Shown: one piece after another, positions 53,370-61,568 of the stretch
How positions within the stretch are numbered: the stretch's first letter is position 1
How the letters are laid out: the number at the start of each line of letters is the position of its first letter
Sequence record: MZ726791.1
DNA from: Escherichia phage vB_EcoM_ASO1A
Strand: one strand, 5' to 3'
DNA: 64,000 nt
The notes under the pieces: generated by a model
What the model saw: only the letters and a program-made list of their open reading frames with translations
Database searches by the model: none
Told to the model about the DNA's origin: nothing
Program-made: the position numbers and the translations under genes

Positions 53370-54439
53370 TTAACCAGCACCCAATCTTTTTAGGTGGTGA
53401 GAGAAAAACTTTTGACTCACTTAATAAACACTACCCAAAAATCTTTGAACTTTATAAACAACAAAAAGCACAAGACTGGTCAGAAGATGAGTTCCCTTTT
53501 GAACAATCACGTCTTGATTTTGAGAGTGTCCCAGCATCAATGTCAGGTGTAATGCTTGAGATTCTTAAGTGGCAGTGGGAAGCAGATACTCAAGTTGCTA
53601 AGAGCTTGGCATTTGCCTTTGCACCATTTATCTCTGATGACATCTATGCAACTGCAATTATGAAGCAGTCTGAGATTGAAAACCTACATGCCCTTACTTA
53701 CTCAGAGATTGTAAGGCAATGTATTAAAAACCCTGAAACAATCTTAGATGAGATTAACCAGAATGTTGCTGTGCAAGACCGATTAAAAACTGTGAATCGT
53801 GTTCTTGAAGAATTACTGGATGAAGGTATAAACTATCGTCTGAGTTATGTGCGTGATTCACTTCTGGACAAAGACCCTTTACACTTCCATAAAGTGATTC
53901 TAAAAGGTCTATTTGCAGTGACTGCACTTGAAGGTATATCTTTTATGGCATCCTTTGCATGCACTTTTGCACTTGATGCTCAAGATAAATTTCAGGGTAT
54001 TGCTCAAGCTGTGCAGAAGATTATGCTTGATGAAATCCTTCACACTAAAATTGATATTGAAGTTTTAAAAGAAACTTTAAGAGATGATGAGTGGCAGAAA
54101 GCTTTTCAACAAATTCTTCCAGAGATTAAAGTAATCTTAGATGAAGTAGTTGAAAGTGAAGAGAAATGGTCGTATTATATCTTCTCCGAAGGACGTGCTG
54201 TAGTTGGCTTAAATACAAAGCTTCTTCATGAGTGGGTTTACTATAATGCTGCCCCACTGTATGATATGTTTGGCATTCCCAGAGATTTTGTAGCTCCTAA
54301 AGAACCACCTTTGAAGTACATGATTAAGAAGATGGAAATTGATAAAGAGCAGAATGCTAATCAGGAACAACAGAATGGCGCGTACCTATTGAATACTGTT
54401 GTAGATGATTTGAATAGTGGATTTTTAGAGGTTCCTTAA
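53366..54439 (+). CDS. nrdB: ribonucleoside-diphosphate reductase small subunit (class Ia)
   Basis: Track ORF 53306 trimmed to ATG (MINQHP) after AAGGAGAAA; ~357 aa. Confidence 0.8.
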   Translation: MINQHPIFLGGERKTFDSLNKHYPKIFELYKQQKAQDWSEDEFPFEQSRLDFESVPASMSGVMLEILKWQWEADTQVAKSLAFAFAPFISDDIYATAIMKQSEIENLHALTYSEIVRQCIKNPETILDEINQNVAVQDRLKTVNRVLEELLDEGINYRLSYVRDSLLDKDPLHFHKVILKGLFAVTALEGISFMASFACTFALDAQDKFQGIAQAVQKIMLDEILHTKIDIEVLKETLRDDEWQKAFQQILPEIKVILDEVVESEEKWSYYIFSEGRAVVGLNTKLLHEWVYYNAAPLYDMFGIPRDFVAPKEPPLKYMIKKMEIDKEQNANQEQQNGAYLLNTVVDDLNSGFLEVP

Positions 54440-54681
54440 TGACTTATGTAATTTACTCCAAAACTGGATGCCCTCAGTGCGAGACTGCAAAGAATTTTGC
54501 AAAAGCTCGTGGTATTGACCATGTTGTGAGAATGTTAGGGCAGGACTATGAACTATCAGACCTGATTGATATTGCACAGATGCCAGTTCGTCAGATGCCA
54601 TTCATCATGAAAACTGATGGGCAAAACCTAAAACATGTTGGTACGCTACAGAATTTTATGGCAGAGGTGAATAATGCTTAA
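54439..54681 (+). CDS. glutaredoxin / NrdH-like redoxin
   Basis: 80 aa with CPQC active-site motif. Confidence 0.75.
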   Translation: MTYVIYSKTGCPQCETAKNFAKARGIDHVVRMLGQDYELSDLIDIAQMPVRQMPFIMKTDGQNLKHVGTLQNFMAEVNNA

Positions 54682-54880
54682 ACGCATTTGGGAAGGTTTG
54701 GTTGTTGATGCACCAGCTATTGTGATTGGTATGCTTATCGTTAACCTATTTACTGACTTTGAACAAGGTTCATTGTTTGGAGCCATGTTACTATGGGTTA
54801 TCTTCGAAATATTAGAGATACAGTTAGGTATCACTGAAAAACTAAGAGAACTCTTTGCGAAGTTTTCTAAAAAGATTTAA
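54674..54880 (+). CDS. small membrane protein
   Basis: 68 aa, hydrophobic. Confidence 0.4.
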   Translation: MLKRIWEGLVVDAPAIVIGMLIVNLFTDFEQGSLFGAMLLWVIFEILEIQLGITEKLRELFAKFSKKI

Positions 54881-54884
54881 AATG

Positions 54885-54912
54885 AAAGGGTCTCTTCGGA
54901 GACCTTTTTAGC
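54885..54912 (+). terminator. rho-independent terminator (GGTCTC-TTCG-GAGACC + T-run)
   Basis: Read directly. Confidence 0.6.
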
Positions 54913-54928
54913 ATGTAAAGGGGCAATA

Positions 54929-57073
54929 ATGAACAAAGTACAGATTATTAAAAAGAATGGCTCACTTGAAGAACCTGATATCAAAAAAGTTTTAGCAGCA
55001 GTCACAAAGTCAGCTAACAGAGTTGGTTATAAAGAGCTTCCACCAGATGTTACTCAAGCTCTTGAGTCAGCATTTATGAGGATTCTGGTAAAGTCCACTA
55101 AGCAGAATAATTTGCTAATTTCGGTAAATGATATTCACAGTATTGTTGAGGGTGCTTTGGCAGAAGTCAATCACGAGATTTATGAGTCTTACTCAACATA
55201 TAGAAATTACCGTAAAGAGGTTGCTCAAAATTGGGATGAACTCTACCAGAAGACTAAAGATACACTCTTCTTAGGTGACCGAGAAAACGCTAATTTTGAC
55301 AGCAGTTTAATTTCTACAAAAGGTTCAATTATTCGTGGTTATCTGACTAAAGAAATCTTTAAACAGTACCATTTAACACCAGAGGAACTTGAAGCCATTG
55401 AAAAAGGGTTTATCTACATCCATGATTTAAGAGACCTAATTTTTGGTGGTATCAACTGTTGCCTGTTTGACATTGGTAAAGTCCTGAAAGGTGGCTTTGA
55501 AATGTCTGGCATCGAATATTGTGAACCGAAGTCTGTACTGTCAGCCTTACAGGTTATTGGTGATGTAGTTCTTTCAGCAACTGCACAGCAATTTGGTGGC
55601 TTTACTTTAGCAGAGATTGATAAGGTACTTGTACCGTATGCTAAGAAGTCTCTACACTATCATGCTGAGAAAGCAGCATCTTATGGTATTCCTAAAGAAC
55701 ATTACCACAATTATGTCATGGAGCAGCTACAGATTGAACTGACTCAGGGTTTCCAGTCACTTGAAATGAAACTAAACACTGTACCTTGTAGTCGTGGGGA
55801 TTTTGCATTCACAACTTTGACATTCGGGTTACTTGACTCAGATATGTCCAATGAAGATAACCGACTGCAATACATGATTGCAAGTACTCTCCTAGATGTT
55901 CGTATGAATGGACAAGGTAAGAGCAAGAAGCCTGTTGTATTCCCTAAACTGGTTTATATTTATGACCAGAAGAGACACGATGAGAATATCTGTCAAGGCC
56001 ACCTGTACAGTAAAGCTATTGAGTGTTGCTCTAAAGCAATGTATCCAGACTTCTTAAGTGTATCTGGTCATGGTGCTGTAGCAGAGGCTTTTGAGCGTTC
56101 TGGTAAGGTTATTTCACCAATGGGTTGCAGAGCTTTCTTGTCTCCATATCTTAATGAGGATGGGGAAGAGTTCTACGTTGGTCGTGCTAACATTGGTGCT
56201 GTATCTTTGAACTTACCAATGATTTACCAGTATTCTAAAGAGAATGGATTAGACTTCTGGACAGAACTTGATAAATATCTCGAAATGATTCGTAGCTTCC
56301 ATAAGAAACGCTACGAAATGATTGCTAATATGCCAGCAAGTTCTAACCCTCTTGCATTCACACAAGGTGGTCTGTACAAAGGAACTAAGAAACCTACTGA
56401 CAAGGTTGGTTGGGATATTGTGAAGTCCTTCACAGCTTCTTTTGGTGTTACTGCGCTTGATGAGTTGTCTGTTCTTGCTGAAGGTAAACGACTTCATGAA
56501 GTTGGAAGCTATAGTTTTGCATATGATGTTCTGGCATACATCAACATGAAAACCGAAGAGTTTAAAAATGAAGATGGCTTCTTATATGCCGTCTATGGTA
56601 CTCCAGCAGAATCACTATGTGGGACTCAGCTAAAACAGTTCAGAGATATGTTTGGGGTTATCAAAGGTGTTTCCGATAAGGAATACTTTACAAACAGTTT
56701 CCATATGAATGTTGCAGCAGACATCTCGCCATTTGAGAAGCAGGACTTAGAAGAGCCATTCTTCCATATCTGTAGAGGCGGTAGAATCCAGTATGTAAGA
56801 GTAGCTAACCCAGAAAACTTAACAGCACTTAAAAGTTGTATTACAAGAGGGATGTTGAAAGGTTTCTATCAGGGGCTTAACTTTGACTTAGCAATCTGTG
56901 AACATTGTGGTAACAGACCAAAGGCTGATGTTGAAGAATGTGAGGTTTGCCATTCACATGATATCTCTGTGATTAACAGGGTGTGTGGGTATCTTGGATG
57001 GACTAAGATTAAAGGTGAATCCCGAATGAACGATGCAAAAATCGCTGAGATTCGTGATAGAGTCTCTATGTAA
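54929..57073 (+). CDS. nrdD: anaerobic ribonucleoside-triphosphate reductase (class III)
   Basis: 714 aa; C-terminal zinc ribbon CEHCG ... CEVCHSH and glycyl-radical region RVCGYLG. Confidence 0.85.
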   Translation: MNKVQIIKKNGSLEEPDIKKVLAAVTKSANRVGYKELPPDVTQALESAFMRILVKSTKQNNLLISVNDIHSIVEGALAEVNHEIYESYSTYRNYRKEVAQNWDELYQKTKDTLFLGDRENANFDSSLISTKGSIIRGYLTKEIFKQYHLTPEELEAIEKGFIYIHDLRDLIFGGINCCLFDIGKVLKGGFEMSGIEYCEPKSVLSALQVIGDVVLSATAQQFGGFTLAEIDKVLVPYAKKSLHYHAEKAASYGIPKEHYHNYVMEQLQIELTQGFQSLEMKLNTVPCSRGDFAFTTLTFGLLDSDMSNEDNRLQYMIASTLLDVRMNGQGKSKKPVVFPKLVYIYDQKRHDENICQGHLYSKAIECCSKAMYPDFLSVSGHGAVAEAFERSGKVISPMGCRAFLSPYLNEDGEEFYVGRANIGAVSLNLPMIYQYSKENGLDFWTELDKYLEMIRSFHKKRYEMIANMPASSNPLAFTQGGLYKGTKKPTDKVGWDIVKSFTASFGVTALDELSVLAEGKRLHEVGSYSFAYDVLAYINMKTEEFKNEDGFLYAVYGTPAESLCGTQLKQFRDMFGVIKGVSDKEYFTNSFHMNVAADISPFEKQDLEEPFFHICRGGRIQYVRVANPENLTALKSCITRGMLKGFYQGLNFDLAICEHCGNRPKADVEECEVCHSHDISVINRVCGYLGWTKIKGESRMNDAKIAEIRDRVSM

Positions 57074-57125
57074 AACTTGACAAGGTGATGTGGGTCTTGA
57101 TAGGCTTACATCACCTTTTTTTTTT
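57067..57125 (+). promoter_or_regulatory. promoter (TTGACA - 18 nt - TAGGCT) superimposed on terminator hairpin (GGTGATGT ... ACATCACC + T11)
   Basis: Read directly after nrdD stop. Confidence 0.5.
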
Positions 57126-57232
57126 TATTGGATGTTAGATATGGCAGAGAACATCATTGGCCTATTCATAGGTTCTGTCTTACTAGGGTTCTTTTTAGGA
57201 CTCTCTTATTGTGAATTAAGAGGCAAGTTAAA

Positions 57233-57433
57233 ATGTTTAAAATATCAAAATCGTTGATATACATTCTCCACATTCTAATCTTCTTCTTTGGGGTTAGTGT
57301 TATGGTATGGGGTTTTTCAGACCCACAGTGGAGTTTATCATATCATGGTCAGATGGATTTATGGTCATGCTTCAAACCATTTTTAGGGTTAGCCATAGCA
57401 TTCAGTGTATTGCCAACTAAGGTGAAATTATGA
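57233..57433 (+). CDS. small membrane protein
   Basis: 66 aa, AAGAGG SD, hydrophobic. Confidence 0.45.
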   Translation: MFKISKSLIYILHILIFFFGVSVMVWGFSDPQWSLSYHGQMDLWSCFKPFLGLAIAFSVLPTKVKL

Positions 57434-57825
57434 TTAAGTTGAACAAAAAACAGTTAGAGTGGATTAAAGATTATGCCTCAGAGTGCGGCTCTTGCGAAAA
57501 GAATCACGTAAGATATTCAACATTCCATGCGACCTTCACATTGTACATCAGCGACAACGTTCTAAGTGATTCCGTAGAAGATGGTGTAGCGTTACCTAAT
57601 GAATTACTTGACAAATTAGCTGTAGTTACTGGAACGTGGAGTGAAGAAGATGGTCACGAACTATCTGACAATGTTGTCTTCTACAGTCTTGAAAATATTA
57701 TGAATCCAGAGTACATTATGTTAATGACTTGTGCACAAGACTGTGTGCCATTACAAAACTTCATTAAAGAGCATTGTGAAGAGTTTATTACTAAACAGGT
57801 TCCTTGTCAGGTGGTGTTTGAATGA
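57430..57825 (+). CDS. hypothetical protein
   Basis: 131 aa, coupled. Confidence 0.45.
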   Translation: MIKLNKKQLEWIKDYASECGSCEKNHVRYSTFHATFTLYISDNVLSDSVEDGVALPNELLDKLAVVTGTWSEEDGHELSDNVVFYSLENIMNPEYIMLMTCAQDCVPLQNFIKEHCEEFITKQVPCQVVFE

Positions 57826-58121
57826 GTAAAACAATTCGAAGAAAAGGTTTAAAGAACGTTCACGGACTCTATGAGTGGAGGAATGAGGTACGTAACAGAG
57901 AAAATGCTTCAGATGTCTACTTCCATTCTGATATGATGTCCAGAAAAGGTGGCTCTTATGACTTTACAAGTCAGCCTTGTAGAGAGATTAAGCAGGCTAC
58001 TAAACGTCTTACAAGAACACAAATCAGTCAGCTTTCTAAGACATCCTTCTTAGATGAAGATTTTGACATTGACAGCAAGTCTCCAAAGAAAGCTGCTCAG
58101 AGCACTTATATGTATTGGTGA
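57822..58121 (+). CDS. hypothetical protein
   Basis: 99 aa, coupled. Confidence 0.45.
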   Translation: MSKTIRRKGLKNVHGLYEWRNEVRNRENASDVYFHSDMMSRKGGSYDFTSQPCREIKQATKRLTRTQISQLSKTSFLDEDFDIDSKSPKKAAQSTYMYW

Positions 58122-58130
58122 GGTAACTAG

Positions 58131-58616
58131 ATGAATTACATGGAGATTAGACCATTTGACACAGCTAATGGTGAAGGGGTTCGTGTAAGCCTCTTCGTAG
58201 CTGGTTGTAAACATCACTGTGAAGGCTGCTTTAACAGGGAGTCTTGGAAGTTTAATGCTGGTAAAGAGTTCACTTATGCAAACCTCTATGGCATCATTAA
58301 ATTAATGGATGATAATGCCGTCAGTGGGTTGTCAATACTTGGTGGAGAACCTCTGGATGATAGAAATATTCAAGAGGTTACCAACATATGCAAACGTATT
58401 AAAACCGTTTACCCAGAAAAATCTATCTGGCTATGGACAGGTTTTCAGTTACACGAAAAAATTCACCTAGATGTGATGAAATATGTTGACGTGGTGATTG
58501 ATGGTAAGTATGATTCATCTAAACCAACAGTTAAACCATATCGTGGTTCTGATAACCAAAACCTCTGGAGAAAAGAGTATGGATGGCAAGGCGATTGTCA
58601 ATGGAGAGCCGAGTAA
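58131..58616 (+). CDS. nrdG: anaerobic ribonucleotide reductase activating protein (radical SAM)
   Basis: 161 aa; AGCKHHCEGCFN cysteine cluster. Confidence 0.75.
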   Translation: MNYMEIRPFDTANGEGVRVSLFVAGCKHHCEGCFNRESWKFNAGKEFTYANLYGIIKLMDDNAVSGLSILGGEPLDDRNIQEVTNICKRIKTVYPEKSIWLWTGFQLHEKIHLDVMKYVDVVIDGKYDSSKPTVKPYRGSDNQNLWRKEYGWQGDCQWRAE

Positions 58617-58740
58617 GTCTCGTCGTAAAGTAGGTTATCGGTAAAGGGCACTTTACAATGTTCTACAGAACAAACTTAACCGTTTGTGTCACTGAAAAAG
58701 AACTTAAAACATTTTGTGAAAAGATTGAGAGAGATATGAA

Positions 58741-58998
58741 ATGGGACTCTGGAATAGTTTTAAATCAAAAGTAAAAGCAGCACTAGCTTCATTAGGTATG
58801 CTCACTGGTGTTGATGTGACTCACCTTATGCAGAACTTCAATATGGATGAGAAGCTGGCTAATGAGATTATGAAAAGTATCTATGTAGGCCGTGGTAAAG
58901 GTGGTAAGAAACAAGCCCACCGTCCGTCTGGTGCAGCAGCTATTAAACGAGCAGCTAAGAAAGCTCGTAACCGTAAACGTAATAAGAAGGCTAAATAA
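58741..58998 (+). CDS. hypothetical protein with basic C-terminal tail
   Basis: 85 aa. Confidence 0.4.
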   Translation: MGLWNSFKSKVKAALASLGMLTGVDVTHLMQNFNMDEKLANEIMKSIYVGRGKGGKKQAHRPSGAAAIKRAAKKARNRKRNKKAK

Positions 58999-59000
58999 TC

Positions 59001-59321
59001 ATGAGCAAAGTTTATAACACTCGCAAATTACAGATTTTCGTACTGTGCCAGTTTATGGCTAAAGAATATAACTTCTACTATTGCGGCACAGGTTTTATTA
59101 GCGACGATGATGGTTCATACCTACCATTTAAAGAAGCTGTGAAGCTCTTTAATGAAGAGAAAAGCTCTAAGAAAGATATTGAAAAGGTTAAGCTAACCTA
59201 CAGCAAGAAAGATAAGAAGATTATCTGCCTAGATAACTTTGTGAAAGTTACTGGAGAAGCAAAAGAGTTTATGGATGAGAGTGAGATTTCATTCACAAGC
59301 ATCTTGAAAGTAGCTCAGTAA
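59001..59321 (+). CDS. hypothetical protein
   Basis: 106 aa; terminator hairpin downstream (GGGAAC ... GTTCCC + T-run, about 59335-59368). Confidence 0.45.
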   Translation: MSKVYNTRKLQIFVLCQFMAKEYNFYYCGTGFISDDDGSYLPFKEAVKLFNEEKSSKKDIEKVKLTYSKKDKKIICLDNFVKVTGEAKEFMDESEISFTSILKVAQ

Positions 59322-59371
59322 ACAGATACTATAAGGGAACTGTAAAGGTTCCCTTTTATTTTGGAGATGAT

Positions 59372-59887
59372 ATGTATCTGTCAAACCTAAAACGTTCTGC
59401 TGCAATGTCAGTTCTAAGACTCAGCTTTGATGAGCGTCAAGAGTTTATAGACTCCCACAAATATGACCCTTCAAATTCTAATCACATGGTTCTTTGGAAT
59501 CGTGATAACTTCCGTGAAAGAGCACTTGTCCGTTATTACCCACACTACACAATAGATAACCTGTATGAATGGTGTGTTGTGAAGAACACCATTGCAACAC
59601 TGAACAATCTTTGCAGGTATACGGGTAAGCAAACATTTACATTAGGTCATCACAAACCTGTTACAAAAGGTGGTGAACATCACTGTGCAAACTGGTTTAT
59701 CCAAACTAAAACTGATAACCAGAAGCAAGGAGATAGCCTCCTAAGTATCCCCAAGATGACCTATGAAGAGCAAGAGAAATATATCAAAAATAATATGCCA
59801 GATGTGCTTGACAACAACTATACAGATTTGGCAATATCTCTCCTGTTGAAGTTCGAGACAGTTTATAGGGCAACTTATAATGGCTAA
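59372..59887 (+). CDS. HNH-motif protein (putative nuclease)
   Basis: GHHKPVTKGGEHHCANWF...DN resembles HNH core; GGAGATGA SD. Confidence 0.4.
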   Translation: MYLSNLKRSAAMSVLRLSFDERQEFIDSHKYDPSNSNHMVLWNRDNFRERALVRYYPHYTIDNLYEWCVVKNTIATLNNLCRYTGKQTFTLGHHKPVTKGGEHHCANWFIQTKTDNQKQGDSLLSIPKMTYEEQEKYIKNNMPDVLDNNYTDLAISLLLKFETVYRATYNG

Positions 59888-60158
59888 AGAAAAGTGGGAG
59901 ATTTTACCATTAGTCAGTGAAGGAGGTAATGGTTGTGAAATGTACATGATACGTGGTCATGTTCCAGAGCCAATTGCACTTGAGATGGTAAACAACTTTA
60001 CAGATGGTTCTTACAAAGACTTAGGCGAACCAACTGTCAAGCAACAATGGGTAAAGCCTGTACCAGACAGCACAGGTAACTGTAGTGTACTTTACCACGT
60101 TGTAGACCCTGTAAAATGCAAATCTGCAATGGCAGTAACAAACGTAACTTTTGATTGA
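59880..60158 (+). CDS. hypothetical protein
   Basis: 92 aa. Confidence 0.4.
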   Translation: MAKEKWEILPLVSEGGNGCEMYMIRGHVPEPIALEMVNNFTDGSYKDLGEPTVKQQWVKPVPDSTGNCSVLYHVVDPVKCKSAMAVTNVTFD

Positions 60159-60169
60159 GAGAGAAAACT

Positions 60170-61051
60170 ATGAAAACATCTATCCGTGTCACAATTCATT
60201 CACCGACTAAAGGAACTCATGAAGAAGAGTTTAACATCATCCAATTCCCTTCTGGTGAGATTGGTGGCCACTTTTCACAAGAGCTTGTTGATTTTACTGC
60301 TTATGCAGCATCATCTATTAACAATGTGGTTATGATTGTAAAGGGTTATGACAAAGACACACTGTTTGCTGTGGCACTGGCTAAAGAAGCAATTGACGAT
60401 TTAGTTCCTCATGATTATGCCCTGAAGACTGTCATTTTTTACTACTTGCCAAATGCACGATACGACCGTCACATGTTTAAAGGCGACGCAGCAGCTTTAA
60501 AGGTTTTTGCTAAACAGGTAAATGCAATGGGATTTGGTGCAGTCTGTGCAGTTGACCCTCACAGTTACGTTCCAGATAACCTGTTTAACTGCTTCCAGAG
60601 TATTCCTCAAAAGGAGATTGCAGTCCACTATGCAAATGACCCACTGGTTGATTACTTAGTAGCCCCAGATGCAGGTGCTGCTAAGAAGGTTGCAGAGACC
60701 GCTAAAGAGGTGGGTAAACCATATATCACAATGTCTAAAGTACGCAACCTTAAGACTGGTGAAATTACTGGTATGCGAATCCTTGATGATGTTGATTTGA
60801 CAGATAAAACCGTCATGATTCTGGATGATATCTGTGATGGTGGTCGAACCTTCATAGAAGCAGCGAAACATCTTCGTGAAGCAGGTGCAAAACGTGTGGA
60901 ACTTTATGTAACACATGGTATCTTCTCTAAAGATGTTGAAAACCTTCTTGACAATGGTATCGACCATATTTACACTACAAACTCTTTAGGTGAAGCTAAA
61001 GACCGTGGCTTAACACATTATAGTCAAGTTACTGTAGCAAATTTGGATTAG
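60170..61051 (+). CDS. ribose-phosphate pyrophosphokinase (PRPP synthetase)-family protein; possible ADPR-pyrophosphate synthetase
   Basis: PRPP-binding loop TVMILDDICDGGRTF; track start TTG at 60155 moved to ATG after GAGAGAGAAA. Confidence 0.7.
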   Translation: MKTSIRVTIHSPTKGTHEEEFNIIQFPSGEIGGHFSQELVDFTAYAASSINNVVMIVKGYDKDTLFAVALAKEAIDDLVPHDYALKTVIFYYLPNARYDRHMFKGDAAALKVFAKQVNAMGFGAVCAVDPHSYVPDNLFNCFQSIPQKEIAVHYANDPLVDYLVAPDAGAAKKVAETAKEVGKPYITMSKVRNLKTGEITGMRILDDVDLTDKTVMILDDICDGGRTFIEAAKHLREAGAKRVELYVTHGIFSKDVENLLDNGIDHIYTTNSLGEAKDRGLTHYSQVTVANLD

Positions 61052-61059
61052 GTATTAAA

Positions 61060-61551
61060 ATGGATAAGGGTTACTTCGAAAAATACCTAATATACGAACC
61101 AGAGACAGGTTTACTAATTTGGAAAGTAACCCTTTGCAATACCGCTATTGCTGGTAACGTTGCTGGCACAAGGTCTAAGAAGGGTTATATCCAAGTTCAG
61201 ATAAATAAGAAAAGGTACTATGCGCATAATATCGCATGGATTCTATCTGGAGGTGATATACCAAGTGGATATGAGATAGACCACATAGACCTTGACAAAA
61301 CAAATAATAGGCTGGAAAACTTAAGACTGAGTACAAAGTCACAAAACCAAAGGAATAGAGGTCTACAAAAGAACAATAAAACTGGCGTGAAGGGCGTAAG
61401 TGTGTGTCCACAGACAGGTCTTTATAAGGCAAGGGTGATGCTTTATCATAAAGAATACTTTTGCGGAAGATTTAAAACGCTAGAAGAAGCTAAAGAAGCT
61501 GTAATTAGAAAACGAATAGAACTTCATGGTAAGTTTGCAAGACATAACTAA
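61060..61551 (+). CDS. HNH homing endonuclease with AP2-like domain (paralog 3)
   Basis: YEPETGLLIW, HIDLDKTNNRLENLR; inserted between the PRPP-synthetase-like and NAMPT-like genes. Confidence 0.7.
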   Translation: MDKGYFEKYLIYEPETGLLIWKVTLCNTAIAGNVAGTRSKKGYIQVQINKKRYYAHNIAWILSGGDIPSGYEIDHIDLDKTNNRLENLRLSTKSQNQRNRGLQKNNKTGVKGVSVCPQTGLYKARVMLYHKEYFCGRFKTLEEAKEAVIRKRIELHGKFARHN

Positions 61552-61568
61552 TAGAGAGAGACATTAAT

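Noticed and set aside
50822-57073. Inteins or group I introns in nrdA, nrdB, nrdD, DNA polymerase or terminase
   Set aside because: Protein lengths are normal for their families and the reading frames are uninterrupted; the homing endonucleases are free-standing genes, not intron- or intein-embedded.
57141-57257. 38-aa hydrophobic ORF upstream of and overlapping the 57233 gene
   Set aside because: Weak ribosome-binding site and overlap with a better-supported ORF in another frame; possible but not supportable from sequence alone.
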